This document shows, one piece after another, positions 38,601 through 48,023 of a stretch of DNA of 64,000 nt (the stretch's first letter is position 1; each line of letters starts with the position of its first letter). Both the position numbers and the translations under genes were made by a program. The notes below the pieces were generated by a model. It saw only the letters and a list, made by a program, of their open reading frames with translations, was not told the DNA's origin and searched no databases. The stretch lies in the IMG/VR virus record IMGVR_UViG_3300042340_000379, positions 143,856-207,855 of that record; one strand, 5' to 3'.

Positions 38601-41127
38601 CCTCCCCGAGGCTGCTGAGTCATTCGGTCGCGCTCCTGAGGGCACTTTGGTTGATGGCGTTGATGTACGTGCCCTGCTGCGTTCACTTAATGCTGAGGCA
38701 TTTGGTCGTGAGGGCATCATTAAAGATGCGCCCAACGACAGCCTCTATGTCAACATGCTCATGTTGAATGAGGGTCGCTACGAGCAACTCCGTAAGTTGT
38801 TCATGACCGCATTTGGTCAAGTTATATGGATGAGCGTTGAGTCTGTAGAAATGCAGATCTTTGTCAACAAATTCTATTCTGCCAACGTTGCTGGTGGTGG
38901 CAAATGGCGCGAGCTGTCTGAAGCTGAGCTGGAAACAGTTGCTAAAGATGGTCTACCCAAGGGTGCTCGCGGCTTCTGCGACACCGCTGATATCAATGAC
39001 CAGAGCAACATTCTGGTTACCTACACTGAGAACGGGAAGTGCATGTCCCTTCACCGTCAGTGGGTCTACGCTTCCACGCCCGAGCTTGGCATGTACATGC
39101 TAGGTAAGCCTGAGTACACAACTGTGAGCCAGGCCGTTTCTGAATCCAGCGTTATGGGCAACGTCATCTATGACCTGGCCCTACGTAGCAACAAAGCTGC
39201 GTTGGAATTCGTCAACCGTGGCGAAATCAACCGCGTGCGCTACTCTCTTATCCATCGCCTAGCAAAAGGCCTTCCTATTGCTATTGATGGCGGCGAAATT
39301 CCTGTGATGAAAATCCAGGGCTCGATCGCTGAAATCGTGGGTAGTTGCAGCGCCAACTTGGCTGCTGCATACGCGGAAGGGCCTAACCAGTTCTTCCAAG
39401 TACTCCTGGAAATCTGCCAGGACAAAGTGCTGCGCTTTGAAGCCGACAACAGCACCTGGGTTAGCATCTACCTCCCTCTTCTCGCTTCTTACGGCGGGCA
39501 GGATCTTGAATCCAACGAAGGCATGACTCTTGCTAGCAAAGTCTATGAGTTGATGACCTCTTGGTACAACGGGGCCGACCCTAAGTCTCAGGGCATCAAA
39601 GTCATCGCGGGGGAAATCTCCAAGATGATGAATAAGTTGGCCGATGGTGGCCGGATGCAGAAGTCTTTGACCTACGGCCCTAAAGGCGTAGGTTTCAAGG
39701 TCGCCGCATTGCCCAACATTCCTACTGGGGAAGTGTGGGTCTATGCTGGCGGTGAAGTCTTTGCCAAAATGCGCAAGCTGTTTGGCAAAGACTTTGCTGA
39801 AAACGCCAAAACTGGCGATAGCTACATCGGTCTGGTGCGTGCGCCTATGACTCGTGTTGCTGTGCTCAAAGTCGTAGTCATCACCAAAGATGACAACCGC
39901 GCCTTGGCCTACAAACTCAATGGCGTGCAGGGCTACATCAGCCCATTCTCCCAGTATTTCAACATGGGAGACTTTGACGGTGATGGTGACTTGTCTATGG
40001 ACGTTAGTGATATCGTCCGTAGCGGTGAGCTTCAACAGGACTCTTTTGCGTCCATGCTCAAGTTCCAGCGGGAAACCCTGGGCTACGACATGATGCTACC
40101 CGAGTTCTGGAAGTCTGCTGCACCCGAGCAGTACTACGCCGACCACTTCTATGTACAGAGCTACACCTCTGTCATGGCTAAAATCGGTGGGCGCGGCCTG
40201 AACTTGGAATCTTCCGAGAAGGCCAACGTCATCACCCGTGCTCAACTGCTAGCCGGTGAGCACGGTGCAATCGGTCAGCAGACCGGCTATGTGTCCAGCT
40301 CATATCAAACCCAGTTCTTTATCACGCTGGCAGCTGAGATTCTGGGTCACCACAACGTAGCTGCATTCGAGTGGATTAAAGGCTCCACCTATCAAACCCA
40401 GGCCTTGTACGAAGTAGCGTTAGGCGGCTACTCTCCTGATATGTGCCGCGTGGCGTTTGGTCTTCTTGACCGCGCCTTCCGTTTGAGCACCACTCAAGAT
40501 TGGTGGCTAAAGCGTGTTGACGCTGAGGTTGCCGGTATGTTGCTTGACGGTACCAAGCACACAGCTTCTTCTCTCCTAGGTACCGAGCCTATGGATAAAG
40601 AGAAGACCCTGTTCACTTCCCTGAGTGAAGGCCAAGTGTTCCCCGCAATGCAGGCTTGCGGTTTTGGCTGGAATGGCTTTGAGGATGACCGCAACCAAGT
40701 GCAACAGTTTGTTAAAGCTGCTGCGCTCGCTGGCGTTGCTAAAAAGCGTGTCAGCGAAATCAAGAACGATGATGCTGGAATTGGTAGCGGCACCTACCAA
40801 AAGCTGGTGAAAACCTACGGCAAGAACATGGCCCTTGTCATGTGTCTTGCTCAACGTCTAATGGACATCAGCCGTAATAAGGCTGAGTTTGGTAAGGACT
40901 ACGACAACGAACTCCGCGCTGAACTCGACCAAATGCTCAAAGGTGTTAAAAGCGATTCTATTTCCGTCGATCTCTATCGTCGGATTGAGAAGACCCTAGA
41001 CGACTCTGTGTCCGCAGAAGTCGTAAGCTATGACAGCGCTGCTATCAACAAGCTTTGCCGCTTTGTTGAAACCGAAGACGCTGCTCCCATTACTCTGGAG
41101 GTTGCTGCCCAAGTTATCGCCAATTAA
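35638..41127 (+). CDS. single-chain two-barrel DNA-dependent RNA polymerase (non-virion, early-expressed)
   Basis: NMGDFDGD (D1445-D1449), LVRAP (R1401), GPKGVGFKVAALP (DPBB start) and beta-like DFKLRAGYKA...WDIIIP lysine pair (K944/K950). Confidence 0.8.
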   Translation: MKSFTKSLNSFVTRSFSVGKRQMISKVKIVHSKREFISRVSGTFRQRLNPATPKSIFAWDDVQLSLAFTYGQGSLGIKADRANAGIGFGSDTKPKSKSVKSDSIKIAHTFKEILAQTKATAVKVFEAISTVSKLITPDLLLSSTGKQLYGAALKNRIAKLVREGYAAPVSQPAAVKAVDFMALAQERCAQSLAAIEAAMGFTSTGTVVAMLQSGQEPAPIARQSASNMENISLFELRAKEFPAPSVEELMSDLNGDRATRAEKCKAILAKHNLNTVGELIARGMVSRTRKDFWLDSASTAFSVMLLGHTLGQMPAPLDFKAGNTYLVGFPLFDRTSGDKQISPYKCVIGDIDLLMASVRREEHDIKNLSSPATKKVFKKHFKVLEDNCKALGLWLSKDEVANMAAALAINEVATKPTTFAVLASHLCEVLDAMGMMPNRVYAVNAAWNLPRYKADRVIVRKLVTALLRAQEGIGMTGFKFIDMSTSEQTGELFDEVVICGQRFVMDDEGVIFDDAGTSKRLNQIMLAAPIKVGRSLHPNEFSILSAHDVLLYLLDNIVLPMLNRKDVKSDKSLEISRVEETNARAAQSIKSFIGKSMPLNERAVALGVEDAASSILTSGEISCVVKWHQSLFRRNIAAEGSAEIAIFKEGMLVGPDSPYKRSADATEYMIFSQMELKTSTNFTDYHPLIEPMIAHGKVIQPFGNMNAVSLSAHGTHYANLDVSIQKEAVKAFWANQGLDEQQLRSKFNLEGVVGDVWMHIAEETLNFLSYKGSKRFKRSANLYAQVTSFAFEETSRFQWSGHVDHQITGLALKAVLAPSYVFSGPGMAYMNSHKRAQYEMRYPLAGGMHDYYDRAAVFSNFAIDDTAIITNPLTGWSHIDLDIKVREGQETGLFIVNEHGHQVPLKAEHNGVLCKIRFRTVDKFSVNGVLECRLFYKVSEYDFKLRAGYKAMTTYHDGSIFDHNAYAPEWDIIIPGDANKTLDLLTCFLPEAAESFGRAPEGTLVDGVDVRALLRSLNAEAFGREGIIKDAPNDSLYVNMLMLNEGRYEQLRKLFMTAFGQVIWMSVESVEMQIFVNKFYSANVAGGGKWRELSEAELETVAKDGLPKGARGFCDTADINDQSNILVTYTENGKCMSLHRQWVYASTPELGMYMLGKPEYTTVSQAVSESSVMGNVIYDLALRSNKAALEFVNRGEINRVRYSLIHRLAKGLPIAIDGGEIPVMKIQGSIAEIVGSCSANLAAAYAEGPNQFFQVLLEICQDKVLRFEADNSTWVSIYLPLLASYGGQDLESNEGMTLASKVYELMTSWYNGADPKSQGIKVIAGEISKMMNKLADGGRMQKSLTYGPKGVGFKVAALPNIPTGEVWVYAGGEVFAKMRKLFGKDFAENAKTGDSYIGLVRAPMTRVAVLKVVVITKDDNRALAYKLNGVQGYISPFSQYFNMGDFDGDGDLSMDVSDIVRSGELQQDSFASMLKFQRETLGYDMMLPEFWKSAAPEQYYADHFYVQSYTSVMAKIGGRGLNLESSEKANVITRAQLLAGEHGAIGQQTGYVSSSYQTQFFITLAAEILGHHNVAAFEWIKGSTYQTQALYEVALGGYSPDMCRVAFGLLDRAFRLSTTQDWWLKRVDAEVAGMLLDGTKHTASSLLGTEPMDKEKTLFTSLSEGQVFPAMQACGFGWNGFEDDRNQVQQFVKAAALAGVAKKRVSEIKNDDAGIGSGTYQKLVKTYGKNMALVMCLAQRLMDISRNKAEFGKDYDNELRAELDQMLKGVKSDSISVDLYRRIEKTLDDSVSAEVVSYDSAAINKLCRFVETEDAAPITLEVAAQVIAN

Positions 41128-41133
41128 TCGCTA

Positions 41134-41286
41134 GGGCCCTATAGGGCCCGCAAAAGTCCGATTGGGGCCCAACGCGGGCCCTTTACGTCCCGTGAAAGTC
41201 CTTTTAGGGCCCGCGTTGGGCCTTTCATGTCCCGTCGAGGGCCCTAAACGTCCCGCAAAAGTCCGATTAGGGCCCGTCAAGGGCCC
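41134..41286 (+). repeat. GGGCCC/AAGTCC array, copy 2
   Basis: 10-11-bp spaced cores immediately after the RNAP stop. Confidence 0.85.
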
Positions 41287-41618
41287 AACCCCTATTTTGC
41301 TGCGCTCTACCCTGCGCGGTTAGAGGGGGAATGTTAGTTTTATTTGTTTGTTGTTAGCAGGTTTAGCTAATGGCAGTGGGTCTGTGTGTTATGCGGTTGG
41401 GCGGCAGGATGTAGATGCTAATAGGTATTTATGGCAGCACTATTATTTAATTGGAGCCTGGTCGCAGCGATCGCGCTGTGTATCTGGCTCGACAAATGAT
41501 TTGCCGACTGCCGTCCCCTGTGCGCGATGCGTTGGGACGGCAGCGGGAGAAAGAAACGCAAATTGCCGTGACTTAATGTCCGGCAGTTTGTAATCCGTTG
41601 AATTAGAGACTTGCTGCT

Positions 41619-42299
41619 ATGTCTACTTCCTCTTCTGTCTACACCGAAAATTTCTCCCTAGAGCACGAAGTCACTTGCAGCCACTTTGCTGCGCAGCTCG
41701 CAGCCAAAACTGAAGGTCGCTGTCTGGAAGTCTCTCGTGAGCTCGTCCGTGGGAAAGATCACGACGCGCTCTTTAGCCTAAGCTGCATTTTCCCAACCGA
41801 GAGCGATAATGGGGTTGTAGTACAAATCGCTCTCAGTGGGTACCTAGATGCGTCTAGTATGAACATCAATGGAAACCTGTATAGGATGGCCGTGCCGTTC
41901 ACAAAAGGTGACCAGCGCCAGACTGACAAGCCCATGCGAATCAAGACTGGGGCTATGAAGCCTCAGGAGTTCAAAGGTCTTCTCTCTGACGAGACCATTC
42001 TCGAGTTGCAGAAGTGGGCGGAGTTGAATGCTGGCGCAAAACGCGCTAGCTTTGACCTGGAGATTCCTGAAGGGGTGGATCTGTATTTCACTTTGTCCTT
42101 CCGTAAAGGAAAGGAAAACCCTTATGCAGTAGACCCGCTGCATATCCTGAAAATGGATATCATTGGTGGTCTCTTGCAGGAGGTTGAGAAGCCCTATGGG
42201 ACAAAAGTTGGGGGTGTGGAGGATTCCCGTTTAGCTGCAAAGAGAGCTGCCCTTGCTGCTTCCACCCTGCCCACGCCTGCTGACGATGACGTGATGTAA
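41619..42299 (+). CDS. hypothetical protein (possible ssDNA-binding protein)
   Basis: 226 aa, beta-rich, acidic C-terminus ADDDVM. Confidence 0.5.
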   Translation: MSTSSSVYTENFSLEHEVTCSHFAAQLAAKTEGRCLEVSRELVRGKDHDALFSLSCIFPTESDNGVVVQIALSGYLDASSMNINGNLYRMAVPFTKGDQRQTDKPMRIKTGAMKPQEFKGLLSDETILELQKWAELNAGAKRASFDLEIPEGVDLYFTLSFRKGKENPYAVDPLHILKMDIIGGLLQEVEKPYGTKVGGVEDSRLAAKRAALAASTLPTPADDDVM

Positions 42300-42369
42300 G
42301 GTTCTATGCAAGCTGCCGTAATCCTACAATAGGGTTGCGGCAGTTTGTATTCACTCTTGGAGAAATCCC

Positions 42370-43176
42370 ATGAAAGCTATGACCATCATCCTGTCTAATG
42401 CCTTGACTGAGCTAGTTTCTTCTGCAGGAAACTGGGACGAGCAGAAAAAGGTAGAGACCTTTCAAGAGTCACTAGAAGAGTTATCTCGCAAAGGGGAGCT
42501 TCCCCTTTGCGAGATAACGCTAGACATAAAAGAGAGCCGTAATTATTACGGCTTGATCGCCTATCTCGAAAATGTCAATGTCTCTCTCTTTGAGAGAGGC
42601 TTTCGGCAGACGACTGTCGAGAGCTTCAAGGTCACGACACCCTATTCCATCAAGGAGGTGAGGAACAAAATCCTCAAATCCTTGCTTACCAATTCAGCGG
42701 TTGTCCCTGCTGAATTGGTAAAGTGGCTCAAATTTGAGCCACTGGTGTTCGGGCTAGACAAGAATTTCGTTCACGGACTCGCACCAGGTCACTACTCAGG
42801 GGAAATGCTGATAGTGAAAAAGGGGCTGTTCGCAAGAACACCCTGCTATCCCATGCCCATTAAAGATACGGAAGGCTGGGAATCAGCCTTCATTGATGGA
42901 ACGTATGTATACAAGACGCCCTCGTCTTGGAGTGCGAGTTTGGTCTCGCGTGAAGATGAGGATAAGGCTGAGGCTAAGGCTGAAGCCGATGCCTCAATCC
43001 AGCAGATTGAGAAGGCCCAGCAATACGTAGGCTGGACAATCAGCGCGATCGCCAGTGGAATAGTCACTCTTACCTCTCCAACTGGAGAAGTAACTCAATT
43101 GACTTCCAGACACAGTGTCTGGAATTATGGGGATAATTCCGAAGACTGGATTGATATAGGGGGGATCTCAATCTAG
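42370..43176 (+). CDS. hypothetical protein
   Basis: GGAG RBS; 268 aa. Confidence 0.6.
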   Translation: MKAMTIILSNALTELVSSAGNWDEQKKVETFQESLEELSRKGELPLCEITLDIKESRNYYGLIAYLENVNVSLFERGFRQTTVESFKVTTPYSIKEVRNKILKSLLTNSAVVPAELVKWLKFEPLVFGLDKNFVHGLAPGHYSGEMLIVKKGLFARTPCYPMPIKDTEGWESAFIDGTYVYKTPSSWSASLVSREDEDKAEAKAEADASIQQIEKAQQYVGWTISAIASGIVTLTSPTGEVTQLTSRHSVWNYGDNSEDWIDIGGISI

Positions 43177-43322
43177 TTTCCATAAACTGCCACTGGCGAT
43201 CGCGCTGGCGGCAGTTTGTATTCAATCGAGGCAACCACTACTCACCCCTGAGCCTCGCAGGGAATGCCCAAGAAAACCACTTTAATCATTTAGCGCACCG
43301 CCGGGAGTAGCGCCCCGGCATT

Positions 43323-43550
43323 TTGGGAGATACCATCGTGGACGCCGAAACCGCATACGAATGTTTTGTTGGATCTATAACGCCTTTTGAATTTGTCGAT
43401 AAATTTGACTGTTTGGGCGATGCTATTAAGCAGCTAATAGCTGAAGAATGGTGGGCTGGCACAGGCCAAGTAGCCCCTGACAATCTGGCTGAACTCATTC
43501 GTGAGTACGCTGCCGATTGGTTAATTGCTAACTATGAGTCTATCCTATGA
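43323..43550 (+). CDS. small acidic hypothetical protein
   Basis: ORF with GGGAG upstream of GTG 43338. Confidence 0.45.
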   Translation: MGDTIVDAETAYECFVGSITPFEFVDKFDCLGDAIKQLIAEEWWAGTGQVAPDNLAELIREYAADWLIANYESIL

Positions 43551-43674
43551 CCACTACGCCTGTCCCTATGCCTAGACTCCCTGCCCGTATAGCCCAGGCG
43601 ATCGCCAGCCTGGGCATAACTACCCTACTGCCGTGACTAGGAGTCACGGCAGTTTGCTGTCAACAAAAGCCAAC

Positions 43675-43968
43675 ATGTATATTCCAGAACTCGACTGCCT
43701 TAGAACAGAAATTGTTCATCGGAGGCTTACAGAGGACAAAAACTTTTACCTATCTGTTCGAGAGTCTCTTTCGAGAACCAGTGGCGAGAAAGACTATGAC
43801 CGCTTTGAACATTGGAGTCATGGGTTTGAAAAGCGGCTTAGAACGGCTACTGCTAGAAAAGATATGAGAGCCAAAATGAGGGAGGAGCGTAGATTCTCAG
43901 CTCTCTTCCGTGAGGGCTGGTTAGCTTGCGATCGCCTTCTTCAACCCGAGTTCTATCCCAACCCCTAA
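43675..43968 (+). CDS. hypothetical protein
   Basis: ATG 43675 within ORF 43633..43968. Confidence 0.5.
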   Translation: MYIPELDCLRTEIVHRRLTEDKNFYLSVRESLSRTSGEKDYDRFEHWSHGFEKRLRTATARKDMRAKMREERRFSALFREGWLACDRLLQPEFYPNP

Positions 43969-43986
43969 CCCAATAAGGAGAGGTTA

Positions 43987-44214
43987 ATGGTTATTACCTA
44001 TAAAGTAAAAAGTCTCACAAGCAGCGGTTGCTTAGTAGAACCCCCTAATTGCGGGCCCTACTACAATCTATACCGTCCGTTTAGCAGTAGCTTTGAGAGT
44101 GAAGAGAGTGCTCTCGCTGCCATACATGAGTGCCTGCTGAAGAGCGAACATCGATTTGAGTATGAAAACCTAGTTGTGGTTCGGGTCTATAACCCTAACT
44201 ATTTAGAGGAGTAA
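43987..44214 (+). CDS. hypothetical protein
   Basis: AAGGAG RBS. Confidence 0.55.
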   Translation: MVITYKVKSLTSSGCLVEPPNCGPYYNLYRPFSSSFESEESALAAIHECLLKSEHRFEYENLVVVRVYNPNYLEE

Positions 44215-44224
44215 GGAGACTATC

Positions 44225-44356
44225 ATGGCCCAACAACTTAAGCGCTGGGAATCGCCGCGAAAGAAGCCCAGTCGCAATGACAAGGGCCGTGGTGGTTCTG
44301 CTAAAGCACGGCAGGTTAGAAAGAAGATGCGCCGTCTAAGCGCTAAGCTCAGCTAG
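44225..44356 (+). CDS. 43-aa highly basic protein (not in the ORF track)
   Basis: AAGGAG RBS; MAQQLKRWESPRKKPSRNDKGRGGSAKARQVRKKMRRLSAKLS. Confidence 0.6.
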   Translation: MAQQLKRWESPRKKPSRNDKGRGGSAKARQVRKKMRRLSAKLS

Positions 44357-44383
44357 TTTTTACTATATATAAGGAGTAATCCA

Positions 44384-44848
44384 ATGTCTATACTCTCTCA
44401 AATCGCACAAGAATCAAATAACCGCCTCAAGCGCGGCTCTTGGACTCCCCCTGGAAATGCATATAGCTCAGCCAGAACAGACGTGAAATTCAACAAGGTT
44501 GAAGTCCGCGTGCTGAATGCGCTTCTCACGTTTACAGAGTGGGATCTTAATGTAAGTGTGAATCTCCACTACGGGGAAAACATGGACGTTAAGCTAAAGA
44601 TCCGCAAAGAGGACTTCAATATGTCATGGGGTGCCTGGAATGTTTGGGCTACCCAGATAGTCCAGGCTATGGATACAATTCCTGAAGCGCACAACGACAA
44701 TGTGGAAGAGGAAGAGCAGGATTTAAACCCTCATTCTCTAGGTTATATGGAAGAGGAGCCAGAGCAGAATTTATACGACTGGCTACCCGATCCATCCGAT
44801 AGATCTTATGTTGGACGCCATCCTTTGGGGCCCTTGGTGTCTTGCTGA
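44384..44848 (+). CDS. hypothetical protein
   Basis: AAGGAG RBS; 154 aa. Confidence 0.6.
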   Translation: MSILSQIAQESNNRLKRGSWTPPGNAYSSARTDVKFNKVEVRVLNALLTFTEWDLNVSVNLHYGENMDVKLKIRKEDFNMSWGAWNVWATQIVQAMDTIPEAHNDNVEEEEQDLNPHSLGYMEEEPEQNLYDWLPDPSDRSYVGRHPLGPLVSC

Positions 44849-45132
44849 GTCACATTCATGGTGAACGTGCCCTCTGGGGCCTCGACTCTAATCCACTTCA
44901 AAACATAAATGCCGCTGGCGATCGCGCTGGCGGTTTTTTGCTACCTAGGAGTACCTTATGCAAGACCTCAAACTTCCCGGCTCTCTTCTTATCCGCCAAG
45001 CACGGCAGTGGAGAAGAGTCGATCACTCCCTCACCCACGCTTTACTCAAAAGCACCCAACATCTTCTCGAACGGCGAGGGATGACCGAGATTGTTTTCGA
45101 TCGCCTGGTCGAAAGACAGCCAAAAACAGCTA

Positions 45133-45285
45133 GGGCCCTTGGCGGGCCCTAAACGGCCCGTGAAAGTCCTTTTAGGGCCCGCAAAAGTCCGATTAGGGCC
45201 CGCGTCGGGCCCTTCATGTCCCGTGACGGGCCCTAAACGGCCCGCGAAAGTCCTTTTAGGGCCCGCGTTGGGCCACTTAGGGCCC
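45133..45285 (+). repeat. GGGCCC/AAGTCC array, copy 3
   Basis: Same unit vocabulary as the other arrays. Confidence 0.85.
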
Positions 45286-45322
45286 TAAGGGATATTCGGC
45301 CACCCTGCCAGGCCTCTTACAT

Positions 45323-45335
45323 CCACTCTCGGCAG
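45323..45335 (+). promoter_or_regulatory. candidate phage-RNAP promoter motif CCAnTCWCGGCAG (exact or degenerate copies at 44996, 47371, 47537, 48032, 48235, 61847)
   Basis: Recurrent intergenic 13-mer upstream of + strand genes. Confidence 0.55.
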
Positions 45336-45375
45336 GGTAGATATGTATTGTCCTATACCAAATCTAAGGTCAACT

Positions 45376-45546
45376 ATGAATTTCAACCGTCGCTCAGCTG
45401 CTTCCATCGCAATGTTAGGTCTTATGGCCGCTCTAGTCGTTGGTACTACACGCGAGGAGTTCCCTCGCACTTGTTCTCCTTGTTCTAGTGGAACTGGAAC
45501 TTGCTGCACAAGCTATATGCCTGTCAGAAATTCTGGCGTTTGCTAG
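45376..45546 (+). CDS. small exported Cys-rich peptide
   Basis: MNFNRRS plus hydrophobic signal-like segment, then CSPC...CC...C. Confidence 0.45.
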   Translation: MNFNRRSAASIAMLGLMAALVVGTTREEFPRTCSPCSSGTGTCCTSYMPVRNSGVC

Positions 45547-45676
45547 AAGAAGCAGCGTAAGCTGTAAGTTCTCCCCGCGCCTCAGCTCTGCTCGCCGCCC
45601 CACATCGCGTCTCATCTCGACTACAGAACCCTCAGTCTTAAGCGGCTGGGGGTTTCTGCTATTTATGGAGAAATTT

Positions 45677-46783
45677 ATGTTGTTACTCGAGATTTTCGCT
45701 GGAGTAGCAGCTGCCTACGTGGGCTCAGTGCTACCTGGCATGGGCATGATCGCCCTCCTAATTTGCAGTTCATGGAACCTTCCGGCTGGAGCCGCTTGCT
45801 ATGCGGCTAGTGTAGTCCTCTCCACATGGAGGGAACTCATTAGCCCAGCCACAAGCGCTGATCCAGAACTCCTCTCGCTAGGTGGCAAAAAGCTGGTCTT
45901 TGCAAACGATCGCGACCAGCAGATCATCTTTGTCGCGTCCGTCAAACTTAGCCTGCTCGCCCTCGGCATCCTGGTAGGGCATTTCCTAGTCCAGATGAGC
46001 GCTGACAACGTCTATTTAATAGCGCCGTTTGTTTTAGTTCCCGTTGTATTGGTGAGCTTGCGAAAAGTTCCCCAAGCAGAAGTTGGTAAAGCGATCGCGT
46101 TTCTAGGATTCTTCCTAGCCGTAATCGCCTGCCTGTCCTGGGTTCCAGCGATTTTGCCGATCCTCTATATGAGCCTTGCGGCCAATCCAAAAGAGGAAGT
46201 TGAGATTAAAGCCAACGCTAACTATGAAATCAAAAAGCTTAGTGGCTCCTCCCACAGCATTGCGTTCTGGGGAATTCTCTCTGGAATGATGCCTGGCTTA
46301 AACCCTGGCGCGATTGTTGGATTTACTTCAGCGCTAGGGCTAGACCCTCGCATTGCCTGTATTTCCATCAACGCCTTAGGTGAAGGCGTGTCCTTAGGCA
46401 TCTTTATCTTTGGTAGAGCTACTGGCAAGACGGCCATCACCGAGCAATTGTCTAAGTTCCTGGGTGAAGTTCTGCCTGGAGATGTAATAATTCCATGTGC
46501 GTTTGGTGCGGTTATTGCGATCGCGCTGATTCCAGTCTTTGTAAAGAGCTTGGATAGCGTGCTGCCGAATGACCAAAAGTATCGCCCGCTTGTAACCGTT
46601 GCTACGTGGGGTGTTAGCGTGTTTTACGCGAGTGTAAACCCTCTTAACTTTGTGTTTCCATACGCTGGCGTAATCACCGGGGTTATAATTGTGGCAGTTG
46701 TGAGTTCCCTGTGCAGAGTCTCGGTTCAAATGCCCGATAAGCTGCGGCCTCTATTGGTCGCAATTCCCATTGTCTTTCTCTAG
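45677..46783 (+). CDS. multi-pass membrane protein, TctA/DUF112-like
   Basis: About 10 TM segments; GSVLPGMG and GILSGMMPGLNPG repeats typical of the TctA family; GGAG RBS before ATG 45677. Confidence 0.65.
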   Translation: MLLLEIFAGVAAAYVGSVLPGMGMIALLICSSWNLPAGAACYAASVVLSTWRELISPATSADPELLSLGGKKLVFANDRDQQIIFVASVKLSLLALGILVGHFLVQMSADNVYLIAPFVLVPVVLVSLRKVPQAEVGKAIAFLGFFLAVIACLSWVPAILPILYMSLAANPKEEVEIKANANYEIKKLSGSSHSIAFWGILSGMMPGLNPGAIVGFTSALGLDPRIACISINALGEGVSLGIFIFGRATGKTAITEQLSKFLGEVLPGDVIIPCAFGAVIAIALIPVFVKSLDSVLPNDQKYRPLVTVATWGVSVFYASVNPLNFVFPYAGVITGVIIVAVVSSLCRVSVQMPDKLRPLLVAIPIVFL

Positions 46784-46795
46784 AGATAAACCCCA

Positions 46796-47104
46796 ATGCG
46801 TACCTATAGCCAAAATCGCCGTAAGTTAAATCAATCCAGAATCACCCGCGTTCTATCTCGAGGCTGCTGCAAGTGTGGCATCCAGTACTCAGGCAATCGA
46901 GTAGCTATTTCAAAAACAAGTGCTAAGCAAGAAACGTTCTGCGAAGTTCATATCCTCAGTGATGCTCTACCCGCCAGGATTAACCGTGAGGTGCAGTTGA
47001 ACCAAGCTCCTTTCTTAGGGCATGTGGTTTACGCTAGTTGCGCCTGGCCTCGTGAAGAACATATGACCATCCGGCAAAAGATAGAAGCGCTGCAAAAGAA
47101 GTAA
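46796..47104 (+). CDS. hypothetical Cys-containing protein
   Basis: CCKC...CEVH. Confidence 0.5.
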   Translation: MRTYSQNRRKLNQSRITRVLSRGCCKCGIQYSGNRVAISKTSAKQETFCEVHILSDALPARINREVQLNQAPFLGHVVYASCAWPREEHMTIRQKIEALQKK

Positions 47105-47179
47105 GCTAAACTTAAATATCGACAGAATATGTAACCCCGGCCCTCAAAAGCTGGGGTTTTTTGTGGCTAAAATAGGGTC

Positions 47180-47353
47180 GGGCCCTAAACGGCCCGCGAA
47201 AGTCCTTTTAGGGCCCGCGAAAGTCCTTTTAGGGCCCGCGTTGGGCCACTTAGGGCCCGTCAAGGGACGTAAAGGGCCCGCGTTGGGCCGTTTAGGGCCC
47301 GTGAAAGTCCGTTCATGTCCCACGCTGGGCCCTAAACGGCCCGCCAAGGGCCC
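47180..47353 (+). repeat. GGGCCC/AAGTCC array, copy 4
   Basis: Same unit vocabulary as the other arrays. Confidence 0.85.
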
Positions 47354-47570
47354 TAGCCTTTTTCCAGCAGCCATTCACGGCAGGTTGAGTTGGGAGATTC
47401 GCAGTGGCACTGCCTACCACCCACGGGTTGAGGGTGGCACGACCGACCAAAACGCCGAAAAGCGAGACAACGTCGTCCCCTAACTCAACTGCAGAGCCCT
47501 TAGCTTCGGCTGAGGGTTTCTGCTATCAGCCAGCAGCCAGTCACGGCAGGGTGTAATGGAGAACTTAACC

Positions 47571-48023
47571 ATGAACCTAAGACCTTTCACACCCGCGATC
47601 GCGCTTCTAGCCTGTGGATTCCTATTCTTAGGTGCAAGCCGCAAACCCAGTCAGGTTAGCAGTTTCGACAGTATCCGCCGCGCTGGTGAACTACATGTTG
47701 AAGTGCTTTCCTGCAATGGGCAGACCTGTACGCTAAAGGCTGGTAATGAAGTTCGTCGCGTAATCAGCCCTGAGCAGCTCGCTCCTGGTACCGGTATGGC
47801 ACGAATATCTAACCAAGCTGGTACGTTGAGCGTCTCGACTTTTGTACGGGACAAAATTCCAGCAGCCAGTCTCGGCATTGTGGAGCGGGTTCTATATATA
47901 GAAAACGCCCGCATTGTCTTTATTGCAGGCGCTGATATTACCTATTTATCCGATGACTGCCAGGTCGGCCAAATGGCCACTAGCCAAGGCAGCGACTCAG
48001 CTGTTTGCCACAAGCAGAAATAA
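47571..48023 (+). CDS. exported hypothetical protein
   Basis: Signal-like N-terminus; GGAGAAC RBS. Confidence 0.6.
   Translation: MNLRPFTPAIALLACGFLFLGASRKPSQVSSFDSIRRAGELHVEVLSCNGQTCTLKAGNEVRRVISPEQLAPGTGMARISNQAGTLSVSTFVRDKIPAASLGIVERVLYIENARIVFIAGADITYLSDDCQVGQMATSQGSDSAVCHKQK

Noticed and set aside
35844-40854. Many antisense or alternate-frame ORFs inside the 1829-aa gene (likewise inside the MCP and the giant gene)
   Set aside because: Shadow ORFs caused by codon bias of the real gene.
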